DNA of 64,000 bases from a bacterium (GCA_963644035.1 CAVIMN010000011.1:22387-86386); one strand, 5' to 3'; counted from the first letter of the stretch, positions 10,058 through 20,285 are shown. The notes: generated by a model not told the origin, from the sequence alone. A program made the numbers and translations.

Positions 10058-11392
10058 TTATTCTACAACTTCTCCAAATAGCGTAGCACTGGTACTTCCA
10101 ATTATCTTCACTCTTACTGTTTCTCCTATATGATGCGCACCCTTGTCGAATACTACAGCCTTGTTTTGTTCCGTGCGCCCCATCAGTTGTTGACGACTAC
10201 GCTTGCTATAAGTTTCAACTAACACATCAAACACCTTACCTTCATCTTCCTTATTACGCTGCGCACTTATCTCTGTCTGCAGTTTTATAAGTTCGTTAAG
10301 ACGTCTTATCTTCACCTCCTCAGAAACATTGTCGGGAAGATGTTTTGCGGCATAGGTGCCAGGACGTTCAGAGTATTTAAACATGAAAGCAGAGTCGAAC
10401 CCTACTTCTCTTACGAGCGACAACGTTTCCTTATGAGCTTCTTCCGTCTCGTCATGATATCCAACAAATATGTCTGTTGTAAGTCCGCATCCAGGAATTA
10501 TTTTCCGTATAGCATCAACTTTTGCTAAATATTCAGCACGAGTATATTTACGGTTCATCAGTTTTAATACCTTGTCGCTTCCGCTCTGTGCCGGAAAATG
10601 TATATGTTTGCAGAGGTTTGGCTCCTCTGCAATGGCGTGGAGAATATCCTCTGTCATATCTTCAGGATTAGAAGTAGTAAACCGAACCCTCATATGTGGC
10701 ACTGCACGAGCCACCATTCTCAGAAGTTCTGCAAACGACACACTTCCTTCCTCACGTTTTCCTGAAGGCGACAAACCATAGCTATTTACATTCTGTCCTA
10801 AAAGAGTAACTTCCTTGAATTTGCGGTCAGAAAGGTCTTTCACTTCCCTAAGTATACTTTCCGCATCGCGACTGCGCTCCCTTCCTCGGGTGTATGGTAC
10901 AATGCAGTAATGACAGAAATTGTTACACCCGCGCATAATGCTTACAAAGCCACTCACCTTTGCTAAACCTATGCGTTGCGGCACAATATCTCTATAAGTT
11001 TCCGTCTTGGAAAGTTCTATATCAATGGCATTATTGCCATTCTCACACTGCGCTATCATATCAGGAAGGTTCAGATAGCTGTCCGGACCACATACAAGAT
11101 TTGCGTAGTGGTTTTCTATAAGGTCATCCTTCACCCTTTCAGCCATGCATCCCAACACGCCAAGTATCACACGACGCCCTTTACGCTGCTCTGCATGGAG
11201 AGTTTCAAGCCTATTGTATATTTTATTTTCAGCATTCTCCCTGACACTACATGTATTCATAAATATAGCGTCAGCGTCGGCCTCATTTTCGCAAAGTTCA
11301 TATCCGGCCATCTGCATTACCGATGCAACGACCTCGCTGTCAGCCACGTTCATTTGGCATCCATATGTCTCTATAAAGAGTTTTTTCATCAT
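10058..11392 (-). CDS. miaB: tRNA-2-methylthio-N6-dimethylallyladenosine synthase
   Basis: TYGCQMN, radical SAM motif CNNFCHYC and C-terminal TRAM domain. Confidence 0.95.
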   Translation of the reverse strand: MMKKLFIETYGCQMNVADSEVVASVMQMAGYELCENEADADAIFMNTCSVRENAENKIYNRLETLHAEQRKGRRVILGVLGCMAERVKDDLIENHYANLVCGPDSYLNLPDMIAQCENGNNAIDIELSKTETYRDIVPQRIGLAKVSGFVSIMRGCNNFCHYCIVPYTRGRERSRDAESILREVKDLSDRKFKEVTLLGQNVNSYGLSPSGKREEGSVSFAELLRMVARAVPHMRVRFTTSNPEDMTEDILHAIAEEPNLCKHIHFPAQSGSDKVLKLMNRKYTRAEYLAKVDAIRKIIPGCGLTTDIFVGYHDETEEAHKETLSLVREVGFDSAFMFKYSERPGTYAAKHLPDNVSEEVKIRRLNELIKLQTEISAQRNKEDEGKVFDVLVETYSKRSRQQLMGRTEQNKAVVFDKGAHHIGETVRVKIIGSTSATLFGEVVE

Positions 11393-11575
11393 TATTTTTT
11401 ACCTGTGTACTTGGGTGCGAAATTACGAAAATATAATTGTATATGCAAGTATAACGTTTTATTTCAGCCATTTGCCCGTTTTTTCGCCTTACCTATATAT
11501 TTGTTCAAATGAACCTTTATATTTGGAAATATCAGATTATTTTATTTACATTTGCAGCACCTAACACTTATTTTG

Positions 11576-12580
11576 ATGGAAAAGAAAAAGATACTTATAA
11601 CCGGTGCAACAGGCTTCATCGGTAGTTTTATCGTGGAGGAAGCCCTCAGCCGCGGCATGGACGTATGGGCAGCAGTAAGAAGCAAAAGTTCTAAAAAATA
11701 TCTTCAGCAGCAAAATATAAATTTCATTGAACTTGATTTGTCTGATCCTAAAAAACTATCACAACAACTTGAATGTCATCACTTCAACTATGTTGTCCAT
11801 GCAGCAGGAGTTACCAAGTGTCTCAATAAAAAAGATTTTTTCCACACAAATACGGATGGAACTAAAAATCTCGTTGATGCTCTGCGACAAAGTTCTGCAA
11901 AAATTGAACGTTTCGTTTTTGTTAGTAGCTTGAGTATTTTAGGACCTATACGTGAGGAACAACCTTATATAGACATTAAAGACGACGACACGCCATGCCC
12001 CAATACGGCTTATGGCCGGAGCAAACTAATGGCAGAAGAATACCTACGCTCACTAGGCAGTTCGTTCCCTTTCGTTATACTTCGCCCAACAGGTGTTTAC
12101 GGTCCGAAAGAAAAAGACTATTTTATGATGGCCGACAGCATAAAGAAACATGTTGATTTTGCCGTTGGATACAAGCAGCAAGATATAACGTTTATTTTTG
12201 TAAAAGATGTTGTACAAGCTGTTTTTCTCGCCTTGCAACGTGATGTTTGTGGCAAGAGCTTCCTGCTCAGCGACGGATGCGTATACTCTTCCCGTACATT
12301 CAGCGACCTAATAAAGAAAGAACTACACACTAAACATGTGCTCCGAATCGTAGCCCCACTGTGGTTTCTCAAAACGGTATCAACAATAGCAGAAGCTTTT
12401 GCGCACTTAACAGGCAGAATTTCGGCTCTCAACCGTGACAAATACAATATAATGAAACAGCGCAATTGGCGGTGCGACATTACTCCGGCAAAGCGTGACC
12501 TTGGATTCAATCCTCAATATACATTAGAACGCGGAGTACAAATAACAATAAAATGGTATAAAGAAAACGGTTGGCTATAA
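11576..12580 (+). CDS. NAD-dependent epimerase/dehydratase
   Basis: GATGFIG Rossmann motif and YGRSK catalytic motif; ATG at 11576 preferred over the upstream TTG. Confidence 0.88.
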   Translation: MEKKKILITGATGFIGSFIVEEALSRGMDVWAAVRSKSSKKYLQQQNINFIELDLSDPKKLSQQLECHHFNYVVHAAGVTKCLNKKDFFHTNTDGTKNLVDALRQSSAKIERFVFVSSLSILGPIREEQPYIDIKDDDTPCPNTAYGRSKLMAEEYLRSLGSSFPFVILRPTGVYGPKEKDYFMMADSIKKHVDFAVGYKQQDITFIFVKDVVQAVFLALQRDVCGKSFLLSDGCVYSSRTFSDLIKKELHTKHVLRIVAPLWFLKTVSTIAEAFAHLTGRISALNRDKYNIMKQRNWRCDITPAKRDLGFNPQYTLERGVQITIKWYKENGWL

Positions 12581-12626
12581 ACCACAATGTATCATAACAA
12601 ATAAAATATCTCATTGCTTAAAATAG

Positions 12627-13577
12627 ATGAAAGATTACTTTAAAATAGAGAAAAAGCCCAAGCGAGGACTCTTCATTGCAGAATGGATAATGCTAGGCTA
12701 TCTAGTCTTTACGCTACTCATGGTTCTGATCACATACACAAAGGTTGCTAACCCTGATGCCATGATTTGGGGAAGAATCCGCATTGCGGTAATGACCTTT
12801 GCCATGTGGGGAGTATACAGAATGTTGCCTTGCAAATTAACACGCTTTGCGCGCATTGTTGTGCAAATGGCTTTGTTAGGATGGTGGTATCCCGATACTT
12901 ACGAACTTAACCGCCTTCTGCCTAATCTGGATCATGTTTTCGCCACTGCCGAACAGAGCATCTTCGGATGTCAACCGGCACTGCTCTTTTGTGAAAAAAT
13001 GCCTTGGCCAGTGGTCAGCGAACTAATGGATATGGGATATGCTTCATACTATCCTATGATAGTACTTGCAGCAGTTTATTACTTTATATGGAAATATTCT
13101 GAATTCCAACGGGCAACATTTGTAATACTTGCCTCTTTCTTCGCCTACTACATTATATTTGACCTTATACCTGTTACTGGACCAACTTTCTACTATAAAG
13201 CAGTAGGATTAGACAATATCACAGCAGGAATATTCCCAAACGTTGGCGATTGGTTTAACTCTCACACAGAATGTCTGCCCAGTCCAGGATATACCGATGG
13301 ATTATTTTACCAATTGGTAGAGGATGCCAAGGCTGCAGGCGAACGCCCGACAGCTGCATTCCCAAGCAGTCATGTGGGCATTAGTACAGTTATTATGTTG
13401 CTAGTATGGCACACACGCAACAGACGACTCTTCTTTTGCATGTTGCCATTCTACTTTTTTCTCTGTATGGCAACAGTATATATCCAAGCCCACTATGCGG
13501 TAGATGCCTTGGCTGGATTCGTGAGTGGTATATTATTCTATTTCTTATTCATGAACATTTATAAAGAAGAAAAATAA
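12627..13577 (+). CDS. PAP2-family membrane phosphoesterase/phosphotransferase
   Basis: Multi-TM protein with AAFPSSH and HYAVD motifs. Confidence 0.85.
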   Translation: MKDYFKIEKKPKRGLFIAEWIMLGYLVFTLLMVLITYTKVANPDAMIWGRIRIAVMTFAMWGVYRMLPCKLTRFARIVVQMALLGWWYPDTYELNRLLPNLDHVFATAEQSIFGCQPALLFCEKMPWPVVSELMDMGYASYYPMIVLAAVYYFIWKYSEFQRATFVILASFFAYYIIFDLIPVTGPTFYYKAVGLDNITAGIFPNVGDWFNSHTECLPSPGYTDGLFYQLVEDAKAAGERPTAAFPSSHVGISTVIMLLVWHTRNRRLFFCMLPFYFFLCMATVYIQAHYAVDALAGFVSGILFYFLFMNIYKEEK

Positions 13578-13607
13578 AGTTCACTAAACTATATAATATG
13601 GTAAAAT

Positions 13608-13640
13608 AAAAAATACGGCGGTATACTCGCCGTATTTTTT
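13608..13640. terminator. Bidirectional intrinsic terminator
   Basis: AAAAAATACGGCG-gtatact-CGCCGTATTTTTT between convergent genes. Confidence 0.8.
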
Positions 13641-14869
13641 TATTTTAAAAGTTTCTTGCTGAAGTATCTCACCGGATACCACACGGCAATAAAGCCTACT
13701 GCTATAACTGTAATAAATACTAATGCAACATCCTCGGGATGCACACTAACAGGATAAGCATCAACGACGAACGTTCCACTTGATTTGCCCAATGCCACGA
13801 GACCAAATTGCTGCTGCAACCAACACAAGAGCAAACCCAAAAGAATTCCAGCAAGTGCTCCAAAAAAACTTATCATCCTACCTTCAAAAAGGAAAATACT
13901 GGAAATTTGGCGATCTGTTGCTCCCAAATTATGAAGAGTGGCTACATCATTCTTCTTGTCTATTATTAGCATTGATATAGAACCGATGATATTGAAACTG
14001 GCAACAATAAGGATAAAGGTAAGAAAAATGTATGCTATGAATTTTTCAACCTTCATAATACGGAACGTATCCTCCTGTTGTTCATAACGGTCGAGCACAC
14101 GATATTTGCTGCCGACAATGGCTTTCATCTGTTCTTTCACTTTATCAAGATCGCTGCCATTCTTCAACCGTATCTGTAACGATGTAAGATGGCCTTGCTG
14201 ACCGAAAAGGCTACGTGCAAATTCAAGCGGCACTATCACATGGTCGCGGTCATATTTGCCCTGCTTTACCATAAAGACAACCCCTGGCGATATAAGCGAA
14301 TCAACCACGAAGCCGTCGGTTGGATTTGTCATGTCAAGCTGACCGGTCTTTCTCGGTGCATATAGGAGTAAATTTCCATCCCAGCGCGCATTCATCCCCA
14401 AGGTCTCCGCAAGTCTTATACCTACGGTAGCAAAATTAAGATTTGCTGCACTGAGCAGAAAAGTTCCGTCGCCATAAAGAATCTCACCTATACGCGACAT
14501 CTGCTCAAAGTTGTTGTCAACTCCCATCACTGTCACCATCTGCTGTCTACCTTTGTAAACGGCTAGAGCATGGTCTTTTACGCACTCCGTAGCCACATCC
14601 ACCTGTGGCAGTTTCTGCACCTTTAACAAAAGAGGGTCGTTTGCGGAAGCAGCTTTCCCCTGAGAAGGTACAATCTCAATCTGCGGATCAAACGACGTGA
14701 AAAATGATGCTACAAGGTCGTGAAAGCCGTTGAATACGCTAAGCGTCACTACTAATGCCATAGTCGCTACAGCAACTCCCACTGCGCTTATACCACTTAT
14801 AATATTTATAGCGTGAGTACTCTTTTTTGAAAATATATAACGGCGTGCTATGAAAAAAGGAAAGTTCAT
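13640..14869 (-). CDS. LolC/LolE-type (FtsX/MacB family) ABC transporter permease
   Basis: FIARRY N-terminus, SVFNGF, large periplasmic domain and VASFNIIGS TM segment. Confidence 0.85.
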   Translation of the reverse strand: MNFPFFIARRYIFSKKSTHAINIISGISAVGVAVATMALVVTLSVFNGFHDLVASFFTSFDPQIEIVPSQGKAASANDPLLLKVQKLPQVDVATECVKDHALAVYKGRQQMVTVMGVDNNFEQMSRIGEILYGDGTFLLSAANLNFATVGIRLAETLGMNARWDGNLLLYAPRKTGQLDMTNPTDGFVVDSLISPGVVFMVKQGKYDRDHVIVPLEFARSLFGQQGHLTSLQIRLKNGSDLDKVKEQMKAIVGSKYRVLDRYEQQEDTFRIMKVEKFIAYIFLTFILIVASFNIIGSISMLIIDKKNDVATLHNLGATDRQISSIFLFEGRMISFFGALAGILLGLLLCWLQQQFGLVALGKSSGTFVVDAYPVSVHPEDVALVFITVIAVGFIAVWYPVRYFSKKLLK

Positions 14870-14903
14870 GACCTAACGCTAAATTTTCTTCAACAATGCA
14901 TCC

Positions 14904-15239
14904 CTACTTTTTCAGCAGTTCGTCAATACGCTCTATATAATCAAGCGAATCATCAATAAAGAAACGCAATTCTGGAATTATACGCAACTGGTTGCGCACG
15001 CGCTGTCCCAAGTCATAGCGCACAGTCTTCTCGTTCTTTCTTACATTGTCTATTATCTCCTCTCCTCTTTCTGAGGGGAATATGCTCAGATAGGCCGTAC
15101 ATATACTAAGGTCTGGACTAACTTTTACTCTCGTTACCGACACCATCACACCATGCATGGCACGCGTCTGGCTTTGAAATATGAGACTTAGTTCTTTCTG
15201 CAACAACCGTGCAATGCGATTTTGTCTTGTTTCTTGCAT
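14904..15239 (-). CDS. rbfA: Ribosome-binding factor A
   Basis: Motifs VTRVKVSPDLS and RIIPELRFFIDDSLD; ATG at 15239 preferred. Confidence 0.93.
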   Translation of the reverse strand: MQETRQNRIARLLQKELSLIFQSQTRAMHGVMVSVTRVKVSPDLSICTAYLSIFPSERGEEIIDNVRKNEKTVRYDLGQRVRNQLRIIPELRFFIDDSLDYIERIDELLKK

Positions 15240-15857
15240 ATTTTTATCTTTAAAATAGAAATGCACTTAATTAAAAATGCTTTCCACAATGTTATACTTA
15301 TTATATTTCATAGATGCTCTTGTAAGAGACAATTATCTTGTCTATACAATAACACTTGGGCTACAAAATTACTTATAATAGGAGAGAAACACAAATTTTC
15401 AAGTCTATTTGGTCTTTTAAAAAATATGTATCCACCAAAAGCCTTACCTCAATATATAAAATACTTCCCTTTATATTATAAGTTGAAAAAGCTGTTTATA
15501 ACCATGTGGAAAAGCATGTGGAAAACAATATCGTTATCCACACAATCAGAAGGCGGCATAATTAAGCGTGGAAATCCACACTGTTGTAAACAACGTTTCA
15601 GAAACTTTTCAACGCTTTTTCATCAACAAAAGATATAAACTTATTATCTTTGCACCATTAGTGTATAATGTTGATAACCCTCATTATTTGCTGAAAGCAA
15701 GAATGAAACGGAATGAATAACTTGTTGAAAAGTGTAATTCATACGTTGATAACCAAAAAAGCAAGAAAAATCAATTTAAGTTATAAACAAATCCACGGCA
15801 TATCATCATATACATACTATTTTTTAATTAAGAACAATAATAAAAATATAATATATA
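15240..15857. other. oriC: Probable chromosomal replication origin (oriC)
   Basis: AT-rich intergenic gap with a perfect TTATCCACA (15534-42), TGTGGAAAA twice (15505, 15517), TGTTGATAA (15669), further near-matches, and a tandem box/trio/AT-rich module at 15781-15857; GC skew switches sign across it. Confidence 0.85.
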
Positions 15858-16850
15858 ATGAATGTGGACAAAGCATGGCTCGAAAAAGGTTTCATTGACG
15901 AAACTGTTGATGAGAGCATAGATTTGAGCAAGGAAATAAGAGAACTTTGCAAAAAGAAAAATGCCGTAATATTGGCTCACTACTATACTACAGGTGACAT
16001 ACAGGATATTGCTGATTTTATAGGCGATTCACTTGCGTTGGCAAGGAAGGCGGCGCAGACTGATGCTGATATCATTGTTATGTGCGGTGTGCATTTTATG
16101 GCTGAAACATGCAAGATCCTTTCGCCGCAGAAACTCGTGCTTTGTCCTGACCTTAACGCCGGATGCTCGCTGGCAGACTCTTGCCGTGCTGACGACTTGA
16201 AAAAATATAAGGATGAACATCCTGGATATAAAGTTGTGAGCTATGTCAATACCACTGCTGCTGTTAAGGCTTTGACGGATGTTGTGGTTACAAGCGGAAA
16301 CGCAAAGAAAATTGTAGACTCGTTTCCTAAGGACGAAAAGATAATATTCGGTCCTGACTATAACTTAGGCTCTTATATTAATAGTGTTACAGGGCGCAAC
16401 ATGTTGCTCTGGAACGGCGGTTGTCATGTGCACGAGCGTTTTTCTGCCGAAGGTATTGTAAAACTTAAGCAGGAACACCCAGAAGCGGAAGTTCTTGTGC
16501 ATCCAGAATGTAAAGGTCCTGTAGTGGTGCTTGCCGATGTAGTTGGTTCTACTGCTGTGCTGCTGAAGCATGCCATAGAGAGCGATACAAAAGAGTTCAT
16601 TGTTGCAACCGAGGCGGGAATACTTCACGAGATGACACGCAAATGCCCTGACAAGAAATTCATACCAGTTCCACCTGAAGTTACAGAAGGGGCGCTGGGA
16701 TGTTCATGCAATGAGTGCGGGTATATGAAAATGAACACGCTTGCAAAAATTTATAACTGCCTTAAATACGAATGGCCTTCTGTTGACGTGGATGAAGAAA
16801 CGGCACGCCTTGCGGTAAAACCTATAGAACGCATGCTCGAACTGTCGTAG
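15858..16850 (+). CDS. nadA: Quinolinate synthase A
   Basis: Motifs ILAHYY, GDSLAL, CGVHFMAET, AGCSLA, HPEC and CGYMKMNT. Confidence 0.95.
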   Translation: MNVDKAWLEKGFIDETVDESIDLSKEIRELCKKKNAVILAHYYTTGDIQDIADFIGDSLALARKAAQTDADIIVMCGVHFMAETCKILSPQKLVLCPDLNAGCSLADSCRADDLKKYKDEHPGYKVVSYVNTTAAVKALTDVVVTSGNAKKIVDSFPKDEKIIFGPDYNLGSYINSVTGRNMLLWNGGCHVHERFSAEGIVKLKQEHPEAEVLVHPECKGPVVVLADVVGSTAVLLKHAIESDTKEFIVATEAGILHEMTRKCPDKKFIPVPPEVTEGALGCSCNECGYMKMNTLAKIYNCLKYEWPSVDVDEETARLAVKPIERMLELS

Positions 16851-16859
16851 AATTACGGG

Positions 16860-17987
16860 ATGAAAATATTGCTTATTGGTGAGGCAAGCTTTGTGCACAA
16901 CACGTTGAAGAAAGCTCTTGAAGAGCGAGGACACCGTGTTGTTACAATGTCTGACGGCAACGGTTGGCATGACGCTCCGCGTGACATTGACCTTAGACGC
17001 AACTTGAAATACGGCAAGTTTGGGGGGCTTATGGTGTTATGGAAACTACTCACCCATTTGCCGCAACTTGTGGGCAACGATGTGGTGCAGATACACAACT
17101 ACCAGTTCGTGCCGCTTAAATACGGATGGAACACGCTATTACTTAAGTTTTTAAAGTTCTTCAATAAATCTTGCGTGAAACTATGTCTTGGCGATGACCC
17201 GCAGATTTTTATGCGTCAGGCACAGGGTGTGCCACGCTATAGTGACACCTTTTGGAACGGCAGTGAGCAAAATGCTGACGCTAACAAGGATAGAATAGGC
17301 GAAGTAATGATGCCATCGCCTTTTAAATGCTGGAAACGCACCACGCTGATGGCTGATGCTTTGGTTGCCGTATTGTATGAATACTGGTTATGCTATGAAA
17401 CTGAACCTTTCTCGTCAAAACTTTTCTATTGCGGACTGCCAATAGACATATCAGAAACATTGTTCTCAGACCATAATAAGAGCTTCTCGTCGTCTTTAAA
17501 GGTGCTTGTGGGTATACAGCCCAAGCGTGATTTTATGAAGGGTGCTATGCGCATTGCTGCATTTTTGGAAGATATAGCAGCAAGGCATCCTGGGAGACTT
17601 AAAATAAAGTATGTAGAGGGGGTGCCGTATGATGAATACATGGCTTTGCTGCAAGATGCAGATGTTCTTGTAGACCAGCTTTACAGTTTCACTCCGTCAA
17701 TGAATTCGCTTGAAGCCATGGCACGCGGAACAGTGGTAATAGGCGGTGCAGAGGAAGAATATTATTCATTCATTGGTGAACATACATTACGTCCTATAAT
17801 AAACGTCAGCCCCGAACTTACCGACGAACAGAACATAGCTATAATAGAACGCGCCCTGCTGGATAACACAATAATGGAGCGCTTGTCAAAAGAAAGTCGT
17901 CTGTTCGTAAAGAAATACCACGATAGCCGTAATATTGCCCAGAAATATGAAAAAATCTATAAAAACTGCTTTAATATAAAGTTATAG
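16860..17987 (+). CDS. Glycosyltransferase (GT-B fold)
   Basis: MKILLIGE N-terminus and DVLVDQLY...NSLEAMARG motif. Confidence 0.8.
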   Translation: MKILLIGEASFVHNTLKKALEERGHRVVTMSDGNGWHDAPRDIDLRRNLKYGKFGGLMVLWKLLTHLPQLVGNDVVQIHNYQFVPLKYGWNTLLLKFLKFFNKSCVKLCLGDDPQIFMRQAQGVPRYSDTFWNGSEQNADANKDRIGEVMMPSPFKCWKRTTLMADALVAVLYEYWLCYETEPFSSKLFYCGLPIDISETLFSDHNKSFSSSLKVLVGIQPKRDFMKGAMRIAAFLEDIAARHPGRLKIKYVEGVPYDEYMALLQDADVLVDQLYSFTPSMNSLEAMARGTVVIGGAEEEYYSFIGEHTLRPIINVSPELTDEQNIAIIERALLDNTIMERLSKESRLFVKKYHDSRNIAQKYEKIYKNCFNIKL

Positions 17988-18020
17988 TAGGATAAAGGTA
18001 ATTAAATAAAAGTACATTTT

Positions 18021-19775
18021 ATGCTACCAATAAGCAAAGCAACGGAATATAATTGGAAAAGACTAAATAGCGACTCGAAGATAAAGCTGACAAAACGTGC
18101 AAACAAAACCCAATCTAAAAAGCGTGTCGTTGCCACTGCCTATCTCGATTATGCACCAGCCTATTCCCTTTTGTCTGAACTCGCATCTATCGATGCCTCA
18201 GTAGGTGATATTATATATACTCTTTGCTTGCATTATCTTCGACATGCAGGGATAATAGAAAAGGAAAATGTAAAGAAGTTCATTTCAACTCTGTCGGATT
18301 ACAAAGAGCTTGACATTGATGAACCTAATAATGTTTGGTGCACCGATGAAGACGTTATTGGTTTCATATACCAGTCTTTGATTACAGAAGGCGAACGTAA
18401 TATAACGGGGCAATATTATACAAGTAAGAAAATTGCCTTGTATATGGTAGATGGGAAAATTCTCAAAGATGGTGAAACTTTCCTTGATCCTTGTTGTGGC
18501 AGCGGGGCTTTTTTATTAGCTGTTAAAACCAATACTCCTGAATGTCTATATGGATTTGACATAAATCCAATTGCAGTTATGATTGCATCAACAAATTTGT
18601 TGGTAAAATATGCAACACACGATTTCTTGCCGAACATATATTGTATAGACTATCTAGAAAACGATATCTTTTCATCGAACACTCGCAAAGGAATTCCTTT
18701 TTGTTTCAACAACATATATACAAATCCTCCTTGGGGAAGCGACAGACAAGGAAAATATGTAAGCAGTTATCCTTCTATAAAATCGAAGGAACGCGCCTCA
18801 ATGTTTATTGTTGAATCTCTTAGGCGGCTTGACAAGAATGGTATCCTGTATTTTTTGTTGCCAATGTCATTGTTGAAGATAAAAAGTCATAGCGATATTC
18901 GTAAATTTGTTTTGAACAATTCCATAATTTATAGAATAGATTTGTTCACAGATAGATTTGACGGGGTGTTAACTGATTATTTTAGCATCAAGATAAGCAA
19001 CGAAAAGGTTGAGAATCAAGAATATGATGTTTCCTCTGGCAGTAGTACCATTAGGATTTCTTTATCTGAGGAACACAAAAAAGCAGGGAATATAATTGTT
19101 GAGAAATTGTCAAAGCTCGACATGAGCATTATTTCTAAAATGGAATCCCTGCGTTACGATGACCTTAGGCACAGCAAATGGGCTTTAGGCATAGTAACAG
19201 GAGACAATAAGGGCAAAGTGAAAAGAGAAAAATGCGAGGGGATGGAGTCTGTGTATGCAGGAAAAAATGTTGAGCCTTTTCTGCTGAAGGAAGATGCCTC
19301 GTATATTACTTTTGCTCCAGAAAGTTTTCAGCAGTGTGCAAAAGAGAAATTTTTCAGAGCACCAGAAAAGCTAATATATAGATTCATAGCGAAATATCCT
19401 ATTGTTGCTTATGACGACAGGCAATGCTTGTGTTTGAATAGTGCCAATATACTCATTCCTGAGCTAGACAGTATTTCCATTAAAAGCACTGCAGCTCTGC
19501 TTAACTCTACACTTTACCGTTATTATTATTCTACGAAATTCTCTGACATTAAAGTTCTGAAAGGAAACTTGCAAGAACTCCCGTTTCCTAAGCTTACAGA
19601 AGTTCAAGACAAAGAGTTAGGCGAGCTGGTATCATTTATTAAAGAAACGGAGTATTCTGCCGAGTATCAAAGAAAATTGGATGAAATAGTTTATTCTATA
19701 TTCGGTATTACTTCTAATGAGCAAGCTCAAATAAAAGAAAGTATTGGACAAAATAGACTATTGGGTAATGTCTAG
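18021..19775 (+). CDS. N6-adenine DNA methyltransferase, gamma class (TaqI/Eco57I-like, with C-terminal target-recognition domain)
   Basis: GQYYT (motif X), FLDPCCGSGAFL (motif I) and NPPW (motif IV); C-terminal EKLIYRFI...LLNS...KVLKGNLQELPFP region is TaqI_C-like. Confidence 0.88.
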   Translation: MLPISKATEYNWKRLNSDSKIKLTKRANKTQSKKRVVATAYLDYAPAYSLLSELASIDASVGDIIYTLCLHYLRHAGIIEKENVKKFISTLSDYKELDIDEPNNVWCTDEDVIGFIYQSLITEGERNITGQYYTSKKIALYMVDGKILKDGETFLDPCCGSGAFLLAVKTNTPECLYGFDINPIAVMIASTNLLVKYATHDFLPNIYCIDYLENDIFSSNTRKGIPFCFNNIYTNPPWGSDRQGKYVSSYPSIKSKERASMFIVESLRRLDKNGILYFLLPMSLLKIKSHSDIRKFVLNNSIIYRIDLFTDRFDGVLTDYFSIKISNEKVENQEYDVSSGSSTIRISLSEEHKKAGNIIVEKLSKLDMSIISKMESLRYDDLRHSKWALGIVTGDNKGKVKREKCEGMESVYAGKNVEPFLLKEDASYITFAPESFQQCAKEKFFRAPEKLIYRFIAKYPIVAYDDRQCLCLNSANILIPELDSISIKSTAALLNSTLYRYYYSTKFSDIKVLKGNLQELPFPKLTEVQDKELGELVSFIKETEYSAEYQRKLDEIVYSIFGITSNEQAQIKESIGQNRLLGNV

Positions 19776-19968
19776 CAATGATGTTCAGACCAACCCTCTT
19801 TTTAGCAATCAGCATAGGGCAGCACAATTAAAAGAAAACGGTGAAATAATAGAGGGGCAGATACACATAAACAATTCCAATTATGCGAATTTTGAACAAT
19901 ACAGAGTTCAGATATGTGAAGTATATGACAAAATAAAGGAAATAGGTAAGCGTAAACAGAGATTGTAA
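19744..19968 (+). pseudogene. Short ORF; probable 3' remnant of a deleted gene (possibly the cognate restriction endonuclease)
   Basis: 74-codon frame overlapping the MTase end, opening just after an in-frame TAA, without a clear start; sits where an R gene would be. Confidence 0.35.
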
Positions 19969-20129
19969 ATTATTGCTGTCCGCTAAAACTCAAAAGAGCA
20001 TAAAAAATATCCTGCCCGAAGCCCAATTTTATTTTACCACGTATAAGAATGTATTCAGGATTCTTGCTTTTTAATATAAATAGAAAAATGTTTAATATTT
20101 GCTTATTTAGATAAAAAATGTCTTAAAAG

Positions 20130-20160
20130 TTTGTTTGTAAAGAAAAATAAGCTATATTTG
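20130..20160 (+). promoter_or_regulatory. Bacteroidetes sigma-A promoter (-33 TTTG / -7 TATATTTG)
   Basis: Consensus boxes 19 nt apart, upstream of the 965-aa gene. Confidence 0.75.
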
Positions 20161-20285
20161 CAACCATAAAGAACAAACGGGGGAAATAGAGTAGATGTTC
20201 AATGAACAGTAAACTCACTAAAGCTATAATACGCCAAAGGCGAAAACTAAGTTATTTAACAAATTAAATTTAAAGGAGGTTCATT

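Noticed and set aside
15222..15898. ORFs 15222-15638 and 15713-15898 from the track
   Set aside because: They are low-complexity AT-rich translations lying over the DnaA-box cluster; the region is better explained as oriC.
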